Positions 10,815-20,952 of a stretch of 64,000 bases of DNA are shown in pieces. The notes under the pieces are model-generated. The model was not told where the DNA came from. It made no database searches and saw nothing but the letters and a program-made list of their open reading frames with translations. The number at the start of each line of letters is the position of its first letter. Positions within the stretch are counted from its first letter, which is position 1. The position numbers and the translations under genes were made by a program. Where the stretch lies: positions 1,036 through 65,035 of the forward strand of contig CAZDLU010000007.1 in NCBI GenBank assembly GCA_964506725.1, written 5' to 3'. Origin of the DNA: an uncultured Rhizobium sp. GTDB taxonomy: Bacteria > Pseudomonadota > Alphaproteobacteria > Rickettsiales > UBA1997.

Positions 10815-12026
10815 TTATTCTATAACCTTTAATTCCCTCCCAACTTTCACAAAACTCGTAATAGCCTTATCCAATTGCTCTTTAGTATGAGCCGCTGAAA
10901 TTTGTACCCGAATTCTTGCTTCATTTTTTGGCACAACCGGAAAAGAAAATGCGATTACATATATACCCTCTTCTTCCACCATTTTTTTAGCAAACTTCGC
11001 GGCCAAAATCGCATCGTAAAGCATTACCGGAACTACCGGATGCACAGCATTTTTATCGCGCAAATCAAAACCGGCTTCTAACATTTTTTTTCTAAAATAA
11101 GCGGTATTTTCGGCGGATTTTTTAATTAAATCTTTTGAAGATGAGATCATGTTTAAGATCTCAATTCCAGTTGCTGCAGTCATTGGCAACAAGTTGTTTG
11201 AGAATAAATAAGGACGAGCTTTATTTCTTAACTTATCAATTATTTCTTTCTTAGAAGCAATAAATCCGCCGCCTGAGCCACCCAATGCTTTTCCTAAGGT
11301 TGAAGTTAAAATATCAACCCTGCCTTCCACGCCACACAACTCTAGTGTTCCACGACCATTAGCACCGATAAAACCAGTGGCATGTGAATCATCCACTAAA
11401 ACCATTGCCGAATATTTTTCCGCTAAGTCGCAAATTTCTCTCAACTTGGCAATGTCGCCGTCCATTGAAAAAACGCCGTCCGTAACGATTAAAATATTTT
11501 TATGCTTTTGTGCTTCTTTTAATTTTTCTTCTAGAGCCTGCATGTCATCAAATTTGTAGAAATAGCGCGCAGCCTTGCAAAGCCTGATTCCATCAATCAA
11601 GCTAGCATGATTTAAATCAGCGGAAACGATTGCATCATTTTCGTCTAAAAGAGCGGAGAACACGCCACCATTGGCGGCAAAGCAGGATGAAAAAGTTATA
11701 ACATCTTCAAATTTTAAAAACTCGGCCAACTTTTTTTCAAATTTTTTATGCAAATCAAAAGTGCCGCAAATGAAACGCACAGAAGCCGTGCCAAGTCCGT
11801 ATTGATCTAGAGATTTTTTTGCAACTTCAATTAAATGTTCGTTATTGGCAAGACCCAAATAATTATTGGCGCAAAAATTCAGCACATGTTTTTTTAAACC
11901 TTGATGATAGATCTCGATATCACAAGATTGCGGGCTGGTAATTTCATATTCGCTTTTGTAAAGCCCGTTTTTTTTCAAATCTTCAAGCTCAAGCTTAATA
12001 TCGTTTAGGAATTGTGTTTTTAGCAT
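10815..12026 (-). CDS. kbl: 2-amino-3-ketobutyrate CoA ligase (glycine C-acetyltransferase)
   Basis: Colinear with E. coli Kbl as I remember it: NFCANNYLGLAN, ASVRFICGT, SCFAANGG, LNHASLIDGIRLCKA, DDSHATGF, PLP-lysine context TLGKALGG. 403 aa. Confidence 0.9.
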   Translation of the reverse strand: MLKTQFLNDIKLELEDLKKNGLYKSEYEITSPQSCDIEIYHQGLKKHVLNFCANNYLGLANNEHLIEVAKKSLDQYGLGTASVRFICGTFDLHKKFEKKLAEFLKFEDVITFSSCFAANGGVFSALLDENDAIVSADLNHASLIDGIRLCKAARYFYKFDDMQALEEKLKEAQKHKNILIVTDGVFSMDGDIAKLREICDLAEKYSAMVLVDDSHATGFIGANGRGTLELCGVEGRVDILTSTLGKALGGSGGGFIASKKEIIDKLRNKARPYLFSNNLLPMTAATGIEILNMISSSKDLIKKSAENTAYFRKKMLEAGFDLRDKNAVHPVVPVMLYDAILAAKFAKKMVEEEGIYVIAFSFPVVPKNEARIRVQISAAHTKEQLDKAITSFVKVGRELKVIE

Positions 12027-12056
12027 AGGAAAATTATATTGTATTACGATTTGTAG

Positions 12057-12139
12057 TTTACCGTCACCCTTCGACAGGCTCAGGGTGACTGCTTAGCTTT
12101 TCAGCAGTCATCCTGAGCCTGTCGAAGGGTGACGGTAAA
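12057..12139. repeat. Palindromic intergenic element, family A (core GAGCCTGTCGA), copy 1
   Basis: tttaccgtcacccttcgacaggctcagggtgactgc...gcagtcatcctgagcctgtcgaagggtgacggtaaa. The ~37-bp arms are inverted with one mismatch. It lies between divergent kbl and thiL. Confidence 0.9.
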
Positions 12140-12161
12140 CTCCGAACAAACATATTCAATA

Positions 12162-13076
12162 ATGCAAGAATTTCAACTAATAAAAAAATACTTCGCCCCC
12201 CTCGCCGCAAGTAAAGCTGCGCGCGGTTTAAAAGATGATGCTGCTAGTTTTTCAATCAAATCAAGCGAACAATTAGTTGTAAGCAAAGACATGATGGTTG
12301 AAAATCGCCATTTTTTATTTAGCGATGGCGGCTATAAAATTGCTAAAAAACTTTTGTATAGCAATCTTTCAGATCTTGCAGCGTCTGGTGCCAAGCCGCT
12401 TTATTACATGCTGGGTTTTTCTAAAAATGATAGATTAAATAAAGAGTTTTTTACGGATTTTTCGCGTGGATTAAAGGAAGTACAAAATGAGTTTAAGCTT
12501 GATTTACTCGGTGGCGACACCGTTTTTTCTGATAAATTAGTTTTTTCAATTACGATTTTTGGTGTAACGAAAAAAAATAAAATATTAGCGCGCAACCAAG
12601 GAAAAGCCGGTGATTTAGTTTTTGTTTCAGGGTTTATCGGAGATGCTTTTTTAAGATTAGATCGCCATTTTTTTCCAACGCCAAGAGTAAAACTCGGTCA
12701 ATATTTACTTCAAAAAAATCTGTCAAAATGTGCCATTGACGTTTCTGACGGACTTCTTGCTGATCTGCGCCATATCTGTGAGGGATCGAATTTAGAGGCT
12801 GATATTGAAATTGAAAAAATTCCGATTTCCAAGGGCGCAAAAAAAATGGATTTTGATATTATGGATTTGCTAAGTGGTGGTGATGATTATGAGCTGATTT
12901 TTACCACCAGCAAAAAAAATTATGAAAAAATAATGAAGTTGAAAAAACTTCTCGATATAAATATTTCCTGCATCGGCGAGCTAAAAAAGAAAAAAAGGGG
13001 TCAGACCCCTTTTGTCAATTTACTCGACAAAAACAAGCAAAAAATAACAATTAAAAAATTTGGTTATGAGCATTGA
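12162..13076 (+). CDS. thiL: Thiamine-monophosphate kinase
   Basis: EFQLIKKYFAPL, DDAASF, VVSKDMMVENRHF, SDLAASGAKP and GGDDYELIFT match the ThiL/AIR-synthase-related layout. I use ATG 12162 because the track start (GTG 12129) lies inside the palindromic repeat. Confidence 0.85.
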   Translation: MQEFQLIKKYFAPLAASKAARGLKDDAASFSIKSSEQLVVSKDMMVENRHFLFSDGGYKIAKKLLYSNLSDLAASGAKPLYYMLGFSKNDRLNKEFFTDFSRGLKEVQNEFKLDLLGGDTVFSDKLVFSITIFGVTKKNKILARNQGKAGDLVFVSGFIGDAFLRLDRHFFPTPRVKLGQYLLQKNLSKCAIDVSDGLLADLRHICEGSNLEADIEIEKIPISKGAKKMDFDIMDLLSGGDDYELIFTTSKKNYEKIMKLKKLLDINISCIGELKKKKRGQTPFVNLLDKNKQKITIKKFGYEH

Positions 13077-13704
13077 AAAAAAATATAGCGGATCATTTAA
13101 GAGAACTACAGCGGCAAGCATTGATGCCATTATTGTATTGTTATTAAGAATTATAGTAATGCAAAGTTTGGCCTTAATTTGGATTAATAAATCTCTGCAA
13201 AATTTTGCTACCGATTTTTATAATCATTTCGGCACTGAATCGATAAAAAATACACCGGAACATATTGATTTTATTGTTCATCACCGCATGTTTTATTATG
13301 CGATAATTTTTTATTCGATCGTGATTTTTGTCGGTGCGATTTATCATGCTTATTTAAATTCATCCCTCTGGCAGGCAACGATAGGCAAAAGGTTGATGAA
13401 AATTATTATGATTAAGGAAGATGGTAACTCACGAATCAGCTTGTGGCGCGGTTTGACACATTATTTCCTTTCGGTGTTGCCATTTGTTTATATAACTTAT
13501 TTAGTATTTTTCCAAGTAAGAAATAATGTTGATTTTTATCAAGCAATTACTGCTACTAAAGTTAATGTTTTTTTCGGCATAGTTTTTGTATTATGGGCGC
13601 AAATTCATCTATTTACCAAGAAAAAAACCACGGCTTATGATTTGATTTGCGATACAACTTTAATTGAAGGAAAAGCCAACGCTAAATTACCTTGGCGCAC
13701 TTGA
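13066..13704 (+). CDS. RDD family membrane protein
   Basis: N-terminal FKRTTAASIDAIIVLLL (R..D), several TM helices, C-terminal TAYDLICDTTLIE (D). Start taken at ATG 13066 (track start 13060 is a TTG); it overlaps the thiL end. Confidence 0.65.
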   Translation: MSIEKKYSGSFKRTTAASIDAIIVLLLRIIVMQSLALIWINKSLQNFATDFYNHFGTESIKNTPEHIDFIVHHRMFYYAIIFYSIVIFVGAIYHAYLNSSLWQATIGKRLMKIIMIKEDGNSRISLWRGLTHYFLSVLPFVYITYLVFFQVRNNVDFYQAITATKVNVFFGIVFVLWAQIHLFTKKKTTAYDLICDTTLIEGKANAKLPWRT

Positions 13705-14256
13705 TTTCTGATAAGAGCTGCCATATTGAGACTGTAAATCTTGCTGATAATATTGTTCGTAGCTCTTATTGTTTTTTGACATATCTTGATGGTAGTAATA
13801 ATCGATCATATTATTAGGACTATTAGCAGCTCCCATTAGCGGGTCTTTATTTGGAGCCCCAAGAGCATTACCGTTATTTGGAATAATTAAACTATATTCT
13901 TTTTGCGTAAAATCGGCACATTTTGTGGTAAAAGCATTAAAGAAAAACACAACAGACATCATATCAAGCCAACATCTTGTGCCGTCGGAAGTTCTATTTC
14001 CCATAACATCCGTTCTAACTGCACCCCAGGTTTCAAGCTTTAATTGACCGGTTCCATAGCCTTCTTTGCTTAAAGTTACAATTTGTGGTTTTGGCTCAAT
14101 ATTTACAACAGTTGGAGTTTTTCCATAATTTTTTCCATCAATAAAAATATCAGCTCCGCTTGGATTACTATTAATTGCTATATCAACATTCCTATCGTTA
14201 AAAAAAGCACAGGAAGAAATTCCAAATAAACAAAATAATAAAAATAATTTTTTCAT
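13687..14256 (-). CDS. PEGA-domain lipoprotein
   Basis: Lipoprotein signal MKKLFLLFCLFGISSC. PEGA-like motif INSNPSGADIFIDGKNYGKTPTVVNIEPK. The C-terminal tail is Gln/Tyr-rich. Confidence 0.65.
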   Translation of the reverse strand: MKKLFLLFCLFGISSCAFFNDRNVDIAINSNPSGADIFIDGKNYGKTPTVVNIEPKPQIVTLSKEGYGTGQLKLETWGAVRTDVMGNRTSDGTRCWLDMMSVVFFFNAFTTKCADFTQKEYSLIIPNNGNALGAPNKDPLMGAANSPNNMIDYYYHQDMSKNNKSYEQYYQQDLQSQYGSSYQKSSAPR

Positions 14257-14269
14257 AAAATAAATATGA

Positions 14270-15148
14270 TTATTTTTTCCAGCGATTGTGAACCCAAAAC
14301 CACTGTGAAGGATATTGTTTTATCCATTGTTCCAACTTTTGATTAATTTTTGTTGTAACGGATAATATATCAGCATTAATGTCATCACTCTTTTGAAAAG
14401 CAAGCGGTTTTTCCACCTCGACTATAAATTTAAATTTATTATCAATTCGAATTGAACGCGCCGGAATTAAGGGGCAGTTATATTTAAGAGCAATTCTGGC
14501 AATTGAGGTAGCGGTTATTGCATCATCATGAAAAAATTTTATCGGCTCGCCTTCACTAACTTTTTGATCGGCTAAAATAATTACAAATTTTTTATTTTTA
14601 ATAAATTCAACAATTTTGCGATTGCCTTTAGCATTTTTTTCAATCATTTCCGTACCACGAATTGAAGCGGTCATTTTTTCGACGTAGGGATTATTTAAAG
14701 GACGATAAACGGTGCCGACAGGCAATCCATAACGTAGAAATGTTTTTGGTCCAACTTCCCAATTACCAATATGCCCGGAAAAAATAATGCCACCCTGCCC
14801 TAAATTTTTATAAAATTCTAAATTTTTTTTACTTTCTTCTGATAGCTCGACAAAGCGTTCAATATCTTCAGCGCTGCATTTTGCGATGTGCGGATATTCG
14901 CCAACAATGCGGCCCAAATTATCCCACATTTCATCTAAAATTTTTTCTTTTTCATTTTCACTTAATTGCGGAATGGCTTTGCTTAAATTATTATAAGCTA
15001 ATTTATTAACGGCGATTTTTTTTCCGATAAATTTAGAAATTTTAGCGGCGATATTAGAAGATTTTTTTGAATTAAGTGTGCCAAAAAAAGCCAGTCCAAG
15101 CCTTACAATTAAAGCTTCTATAAGATATCTAATATTTTTCAAATTCAT
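14270..15148 (-). CDS. lpxL: Lipid A biosynthesis lauroyl/late acyltransferase (LpxL/HtrB family)
   Basis: 292 aa. Acyltransferase H-x4-E/D motif in FSGHIGNWEV and family-typical C-terminus YPSQWFWVHNRWK. It overlaps lpxK by 4 nt. Confidence 0.7.
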   Translation of the reverse strand: MNLKNIRYLIEALIVRLGLAFFGTLNSKKSSNIAAKISKFIGKKIAVNKLAYNNLSKAIPQLSENEKEKILDEMWDNLGRIVGEYPHIAKCSAEDIERFVELSEESKKNLEFYKNLGQGGIIFSGHIGNWEVGPKTFLRYGLPVGTVYRPLNNPYVEKMTASIRGTEMIEKNAKGNRKIVEFIKNKKFVIILADQKVSEGEPIKFFHDDAITATSIARIALKYNCPLIPARSIRIDNKFKFIVEVEKPLAFQKSDDINADILSVTTKINQKLEQWIKQYPSQWFWVHNRWKK

Positions 15149-16116
15149 AATATTTCTTGCAAAGATCTTTTTACAAATTCTTTATTTTCAATTTCTAATT
15201 CAATGTCTAAATAAGAAATTTTTTCCTGAAAACTTGTCGAAAATTTTACCCAATCTTTTTTCGTGGTAATCAATGTAGCATTTTTTTCTTTTGCTAAATT
15301 GCAAAGTTTTTCTAAGTCGCCATTTTTATAATTATGATGATCAGCAAAACTAATGTTTTCTATTATTGTGAGACCTTGATTTTCAAGATAAGAGAAAAAC
15401 TTTTGCGGATAAGCCAAACCACAGAATGCAATTAATTTTTGGTTGAAAAATTTATGTAAATTTTTGGCAAAAATATCGGCGTAAATTATTTTTTTGCCTT
15501 CTAAAATTTTTAATAATTTTTTATTGGCTTTACCAATAACTATAATTAAATCTGCTCGTTTTAAACCATGACCAATAGGCTCTCTTAAAGGTCCGGCAGG
15601 AATCATAAAATTATTGCCAAAACCAATTTTTCCATCAATTACTAAAATTGTAAAATCAATATGAAGTGAATTATTTTGCATACCGTCATCAAGAACAATG
15701 GCATTAAATTCATTCATTTTGCTAATTTGTTTAGCGCCGAATAAACGATTTTTTGACAAAAATGTTGGTGCAGTTTCAACTAATAATAAAGGCTCATCTC
15801 CTGCGGCTGTTGCTAAATGATTATGATGTTTTCTAAGCAATAAAAATTTTGATTGATCGCTCATATAGCCGCGGCTTAAATAAGCAAAATCCACATTCAT
15901 TTCATGCAAAATTTTTCCAATTGCCAGCGCCACCGGAGTTTTACCGGCGCCACCCGCAATAAGATTTCCAATGCAAATTACCGGTTTAGAAATTTTGTGA
16001 GGTTGAGTAAAAGATCTTTTTAAAAAAAAGCCAAGACAATAGATAAGGCTAAGTGGAAGTAGTAAAAGTGAGATTATATTTTTTTTAACCCAGAATTTTG
16101 GGGTTTTCAGGAGCAT
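15145..16116 (-). CDS. lpxK: Tetraacyldisaccharide 4'-kinase
   Basis: P-loop VICIGNLIAGGAGKTPVALAIGK in the characteristic LpxK context. 323 aa. Confidence 0.9.
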   Translation of the reverse strand: MLLKTPKFWVKKNIISLLLLPLSLIYCLGFFLKRSFTQPHKISKPVICIGNLIAGGAGKTPVALAIGKILHEMNVDFAYLSRGYMSDQSKFLLLRKHHNHLATAAGDEPLLLVETAPTFLSKNRLFGAKQISKMNEFNAIVLDDGMQNNSLHIDFTILVIDGKIGFGNNFMIPAGPLREPIGHGLKRADLIIVIGKANKKLLKILEGKKIIYADIFAKNLHKFFNQKLIAFCGLAYPQKFFSYLENQGLTIIENISFADHHNYKNGDLEKLCNLAKEKNATLITTKKDWVKFSTSFQEKISYLDIELEIENKEFVKRSLQEIL

Positions 16117-16130
16117 AGTTCAATCCTTAA

Positions 16131-17387
16131 TTACTCAACAATTGCCTCAACCTTACCATCAAACATTTCAATTGCAATTCGATCGTGGTTTTTTAAATCT
16201 TTTGACGAAGTAATCAAACCGCCCTCTCGCCTTGCTACCAAAGCAAATCCACGTTTTAAAATTGCTTTATGATTATTCGATTTTAATAATTTTTCTAAAT
16301 TTTGTAGCGCAATATTTTTATTTTTTAAATCGGCATCAGCCCTTGATTTTATTGATTTAGCGGCAAATTCCATTTTTTGTTGGAATAAATTAATTTGCTG
16401 CAAAATATTTTGTTTGGAAATTTGTTTTTCTAAAGAAATAAATCTTTTCTGAATTTGTTCTAAAATTTTTTTTGGATCAATAATATAGCGCTTTAAATCA
16501 TTTATTTTTTGCAAATTTTTAGCGATAAAATTTTGTGGCGCAGTGCTTAATTTTTTATTTAAGTAATTAAAATTATTTTTTAAATCTTCCAAAACCGGAA
16601 CGGCAAGCTCCGCTGCGGCTGTTGGCGTAGCGGCGCGCAGATCAGAAACATAATCAATTAAATTTGTATCTGTTTCATGTCCGATTGCCGAAATTATCGG
16701 AATTTCCGATTTAAAAACGGCGCGCACCAATTCTTCATCATTAAATGGAAGTAAATCTTCAATTGAACCGCCTCCTCTGGCTATTATCAAGATTTCAGGA
16801 CGATTTTTTTCTAAATTATTAAAATATTTTATACCTTCAATTACTTCCGGAGCGGCTTTATTTCCCTGCATTAGTGAAGGATAGATAATTAAATGAACGC
16901 CGCATCTGGCATCGAGGCGATTCTTGATGTCTTCAATAACAGCGCCGGTTGGTGAAGTAATTACACCAATAATTTTTGGAAAAAAAGGTAATGGTTTTTT
17001 ATGCTTTGCGTCAAACAAGCCTTCAGCCATAAGCTTTTGTCGTCTTTCTTCGATCATTGCTAAAATAGCGCCGATACCTGCCATTTCTAGCTTCTCAACT
17101 ATTATTTGATAACTTGATCTGCCTTCAAAAGTTGTTATGCGCCCTGAGGCCGTAACTTGTAAGCCATCAACAATTTCAAAACTAATTAATTGCGCCATAT
17201 TGCGAAAGCACACAGCTGTAAGCACGGCATTTTCATCTTTTAATGTAAAATAAAGATGTCCGGAAGTGGCGCGCTTAAATCCGCTAATTTCGCCGCGGAT
17301 TCTGATATAGCCAAAAGCGTCTTCGACAGTTCTTTTTATTGAGCGAGAAAATTCGGAAACGGTAAATTCGGGGATGTTGAATTTCAT
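16131..17387 (-). CDS. xseA: Exodeoxyribonuclease VII large subunit
   Basis: N-terminal OB-fold signature VSEFSRSIKRTVEDAFGYIRIRGEISGFKRATSGHLYFTLKDE. Catalytic region ARGGGSIEDL, then a coiled-coil C-terminus. Confidence 0.92.
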   Translation of the reverse strand: MKFNIPEFTVSEFSRSIKRTVEDAFGYIRIRGEISGFKRATSGHLYFTLKDENAVLTAVCFRNMAQLISFEIVDGLQVTASGRITTFEGRSSYQIIVEKLEMAGIGAILAMIEERRQKLMAEGLFDAKHKKPLPFFPKIIGVITSPTGAVIEDIKNRLDARCGVHLIIYPSLMQGNKAAPEVIEGIKYFNNLEKNRPEILIIARGGGSIEDLLPFNDEELVRAVFKSEIPIISAIGHETDTNLIDYVSDLRAATPTAAAELAVPVLEDLKNNFNYLNKKLSTAPQNFIAKNLQKINDLKRYIIDPKKILEQIQKRFISLEKQISKQNILQQINLFQQKMEFAAKSIKSRADADLKNKNIALQNLEKLLKSNNHKAILKRGFALVARREGGLITSSKDLKNHDRIAIEMFDGKVEAIVE

Positions 17388-17453
17388 TATTTAGTTGTCA
17401 GTGGTCAGTTGACAGTTGCCAGGCGAATCTTTGACTAACAACTGTTAACTAAT

Positions 17454-19145
17454 TTATTTCTTTCTTCTGAAAAATGCCGGAATATTTAGAATATCATCAT
17501 CAAGAGCATTATTATCATTTTGTACATTTTCTTCTTCATCAAATATTGTTGAGCTAAAAAAGCTATTTCGTTTTTTCTCAATTTCTTCTGCTTTTTCTAC
17601 CTTACTCTTAGTTGGTTTAACAGGTTTTACAGGTTTTCTTTCCACTTCCTCAAATTCTTCCTGTTCTTCAATTTCAAGCTCAACTTCATCATCTTCTTTG
17701 CTTGAAGAATTCATAAAATTAAACAGGCTAAAACCGGAAGTTTCTTTTTTAGTTTTTTTCATTTTTGATTTTGCCGGTTTAGAAATTGTCGGTATTTTTT
17801 CTTCAATTTCTTCTTCATCTTCTTTACGGAATTTTTTTTCTTTATTTAATTTTTCATCAAGCTCATCACCGAAAAAGCTTACCTGCGTGAAGCTTCCGCC
17901 TTCGGCAATAGTAAATTTTTTATCAGCAGATTTTTCAACTTTTCCATAATTCGGATTAGCTTCTTTGGAATAATTTTTTTTCGGTTTGAAATTTACATCA
18001 CTGATTTCTTCAATTTCTTCCTCTTCTATTTTTGCTGAAACTCCAATGTCAAAAAAGCTTTCATTTTTTGCAACAATTTTTTCTTCATCATTATCGAAAG
18101 AAACTCTAAAGCGGCTTGGCTCGCCTGTTTCCTTAGTTTTTGCCGATTCGCGTCTGAATTCTTCAATGTCAATTCCGGTTGCAACTACTGAAATTCTGAT
18201 TTTGCCTTTCATATTTTCATTGAAGGCTGAACCAAAAATTATATTAGCATTTTGATCAACTTCTTTTTTGATTGCATTAACCGCCATGTCAGCTTCAAAC
18301 AGCGTCATATCTGGTCCACCGGTCATATTTACCAACACGCCTTTAGCACCTTTTATAGAAATATCATCAAGTAAAGGATTGGAAATTGCGGCTTCGCAAG
18401 CAACAATGGCGCGGTTTTCACCGGCTGCTTCACCAGTTCCCATCATGGCTTTACCCATTTTGGTCATGATTGTTCTAATGTCTGCGAAATCAAGATTTAC
18501 AAGGCCCGGCATTGTAATTAAATCAGTAATTCCGCGCACGCCGGCATGCAAAACATCATCAGCCATTTTGAAAGCTGATTCAAAAGTTGTATTTTCGTTA
18601 GCGATTCTAAAAAGATTCTGATTTGGAATTACAATTAATGTATCAACATATTTTTTTAATTCCTCAATGCCCTTCTCCGCAGTTTCCATGCGGTATTTTC
18701 CTTCGAAGTGAAATGGTTTTGTAACCACGCCAACTGTTAAAATATCACGTTCACGTGCTAATTTGGCAATAATCGGAGCCGCACCGGTTCCGGTTCCGCC
18801 ACCCATTCCGGCAGCGATAAAAACCATATTATTACCTTCTAAATATTTTTCGATTTCTTCAATATTTTCTTCGGCGGCAACACGTCCGCGATCAGGAAAA
18901 GAACCGGCTCCCAAACCTTTAGTTGTTTTAACGCCAAGCTGAATTTTATTTTCTGCTAAAGAATTTGCTAAAGCCTGAGCATCAGTATTAGCGGCCACGA
19001 ACTCAACGCCCTCAAGGTTGGAGCGAATCATGTTATTAATGGCATTGCCACCGGCACCACCTGCGCCAAAGATAGTAATTTTCGGTTTTAGTAATTCAGG
19101 CTGTGGAATATCAAGCTTGAGGGACATAGATTTTGTTTTTTTCAT
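17454..19145 (-). CDS. ftsZ: Cell division protein FtsZ with long acidic linker
   Basis: [13 protein letters not shown] and [15 protein letters not shown] tubulin signatures. A ~230-aa Glu/Lys-rich linker is followed by the conserved C-terminal peptide [13 protein letters not shown]. Confidence 0.97.
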   Translation of the reverse strand: MKKTKSMSLKLDIPQPELLKPKITIFGAGGAGGNAINNMIRSNLEGVEFVAANTDAQALANSLAENKIQLGVKTTKGLGAGSFPDRGRVAAEENIEEIEKYLEGNNMVFIAAGMGGGTGTGAAPIIAKLARERDILTVGVVTKPFHFEGKYRMETAEKGIEELKKYVDTLIVIPNQNLFRIANENTTFESAFKMADDVLHAGVRGITDLITMPGLVNLDFADIRTIMTKMGKAMMGTGEAAGENRAIVACEAAISNPLLDDISIKGAKGVLVNMTGGPDMTLFEADMAVNAIKKEVDQNANIIFGSAFNENMKGKIRISVVATGIDIEEFRRESAKTKETGEPSRFRVSFDNDEEKIVAKNESFFDIGVSAKIEEEEIEEISDVNFKPKKNYSKEANPNYGKVEKSADKKFTIAEGGSFTQVSFFGDELDEKLNKEKKFRKEDEEEIEEKIPTISKPAKSKMKKTKKETSGFSLFNFMNSSSKEDDEVELEIEEQEEFEEVERKPVKPVKPTKSKVEKAEEIEKKRNSFFSSTIFDEEENVQNDNNALDDDILNIPAFFRRKK

Positions 19146-19317
19146 TGGAAAGAAGAAAATATTTTTAGTGAGAGAAAAGTTAAATTTTTTGATGAAAGTT
19201 GCAAAGGAAAATTTGGAATTTTTTTTGAAATGACTGCGGCGGGATTATAAACCCGATTGTACATTGAGGCACTGGATTTCGAGCGCGACAAGGTTTGTAA
19301 ACCCTCGCAACTTTCTG

Positions 19318-19527
19318 TTATTTGTTTTCTATTACTTCTATCTTCATCCGCGCCTCTTCCAACCTTGCCGCACAATGTTCCTTCAATGCCACACCTTCTT
19401 CGTAAAGTTCAACCATCGAATCCAAATTTATTTTTTCCGATGATAAAATTTCCACAATTTCTTCTAAGCGTTGCATCGCGCTTTCGAAATTCATTTGTGA
19501 AATATTTTTAGCAGATTTTTTTGTCAT
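19318..19527 (-). CDS. xseB: Exodeoxyribonuclease VII small subunit
   Basis: 69 aa. FESAMQRLEEIVEILSSEKINLDSMVELYEEGVALKEHC is the XseB signature. Its start overlaps the purF stop (ATGA). Confidence 0.9.
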   Translation of the reverse strand: MTKKSAKNISQMNFESAMQRLEEIVEILSSEKINLDSMVELYEEGVALKEHCAARLEEARMKIEVIENK

Positions 19528-20945
19528 TTTCTGTAATCAAATAATGGAGTTTCGCTGCCTTCTTTATCAGTTAAGCGAATTGGATATTGATCGGAAAAAC
19601 AGGCATCGCAATATTGCGGATTTTCGCTATTGCGATTTGTTTTGGCGATGGCGCGATAAAGCCCGTCAATTGAAATATAAAGTAATTTATCAACGCCGAT
19701 CATTTTTGCCATTTCATCAATTGAATAATTTGCCGCCATTAAATGTTTTTTATCAGGCGTATCAACACCGTAAAAACATGGTGCGATTGTTGGCGGACTT
19801 GCAATTATCATGTAAACTTCTTTGGCTCCGGCATCACGAATCATTTGTACTATTTTTTTGGAAGTGGTGCCGCGCACTATACTGTCGTCTATCAGAACAA
19901 CTCTTTTACCTTTGATAATGGCACTGTTGGCATTATGTTTTAACTTCACGCCGAAGTGACGAATTTTATCTGTTGGTTCAATAAATGTGCGACCAACATA
20001 ATGATTTCTGATGATGCCAAGTTCAAAAGGAATTCCTGATTCAGCGGCAAAGCCAATTGCTGCAGGAACCCCGGAATCCGGCACCGGAACCACAATATCA
20101 GCATTAATTTTTACTTCGCGTGCTAATTCAATTCCGATATTTTTACGCATTTCATAGACATTTTTTCCTTCGATTAAACTATCCGGACGAGCAAAATAAA
20201 CATATTCAAAGATGCAGAATTTTGAAGGTTTGGCAACAAACGGCTTGAAAGATTTTACGCCATCTTTATTTATCACAACCATTTCGCCATGCTCAATATC
20301 ACGCTCAAACTCAGCACCGATTATATCGAAAGCACAAGTTTCGGAAGCAACAGCGTAAGCATCGCCCAACTTTCCTATTGAAAGTGGTCGTACGCCATAT
20401 GGATCACGTATCGCGATAATTTCGCCCTCATGGATAATTACTAGAGAAAATGCTCCTTCGATTTGAGCAACAGCATCAATTATTTTTTCAATTACCGTTG
20501 CTTTTTGACTTAGCGCGATCAAATGGATAATAACTTCAGTATCCATCGTGGACTGAAAAATTGCGCCGCGCTTGATTAATTTATTGCGCAGGAAATTGGC
20601 ATTGGTTAGATTGCCATTATGGGCAACGGCGAGAAAACCAAAACTAAATTGTGCGTAAATTGGTTGAAAATTGCGGGCATTTTTTTTACCGGCCGTTGAA
20701 TAGCGCACATGGCCGATCGCTGAATCGCCCTCTAATTTATTTGCGACTTCGGAAGAATTAAAGTTATCGGCAACTAAACCTTCGGCAAAATGAGCTGAAA
20801 AAAATGCTCCTGACATTGAGACGATACCGGCAGCTTCCTGACCGCGATGTTGCAAAGCGTGCAGGCCAAGCGCTGTGTTTACGGAAGCGTCAGCGCTTCC
20901 ATATATTGCAAATATTCCGCATTCTTCTTTTAATTTATCGAACAT
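19524..20945 (-). CDS. purF: Amidophosphoribosyltransferase
   Basis: Short propeptide then the catalytic CGIFAIYG N-terminus. PRPP-binding VVLIDDSIVRGTT. Cys ligands CFYGVDTP and CDAC indicate the Fe-S type. Confidence 0.95.
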   Translation of the reverse strand: MFDKLKEECGIFAIYGSADASVNTALGLHALQHRGQEAAGIVSMSGAFFSAHFAEGLVADNFNSSEVANKLEGDSAIGHVRYSTAGKKNARNFQPIYAQFSFGFLAVAHNGNLTNANFLRNKLIKRGAIFQSTMDTEVIIHLIALSQKATVIEKIIDAVAQIEGAFSLVIIHEGEIIAIRDPYGVRPLSIGKLGDAYAVASETCAFDIIGAEFERDIEHGEMVVINKDGVKSFKPFVAKPSKFCIFEYVYFARPDSLIEGKNVYEMRKNIGIELAREVKINADIVVPVPDSGVPAAIGFAAESGIPFELGIIRNHYVGRTFIEPTDKIRHFGVKLKHNANSAIIKGKRVVLIDDSIVRGTTSKKIVQMIRDAGAKEVYMIIASPPTIAPCFYGVDTPDKKHLMAANYSIDEMAKMIGVDKLLYISIDGLYRAIAKTNRNSENPQYCDACFSDQYPIRLTDKEGSETPLFDYRK

Positions 20946-20952
20946 AGATTTT

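Noticed and set aside
12129-12161. GTG start for thiL given by the track
   Set aside because: The GTG lies inside the family A palindromic repeat. The conserved ThiL N-terminus (EFQLIKKYF) starts right after ATG 12162.
17388-17453. GT-rich, partly self-complementary spacer (ttagttgtcagtggtcagttgacagttgcc...) between ftsZ and xseA, considered as a third repeat family or terminator
   Set aside because: There is only one copy in the window and I could not define a clean stem plus T-run. I leave it as an unclassified spacer.
19233-19312. Less AT-rich patch with small hairpins between xseB and ftsZ, considered as an sRNA or xseB terminator
   Set aside because: The stems are short and imperfect (ggttt/aaacc with a very tight loop) and there is no T-run or recognisable RNA family motif. 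Evidence is insufficient.
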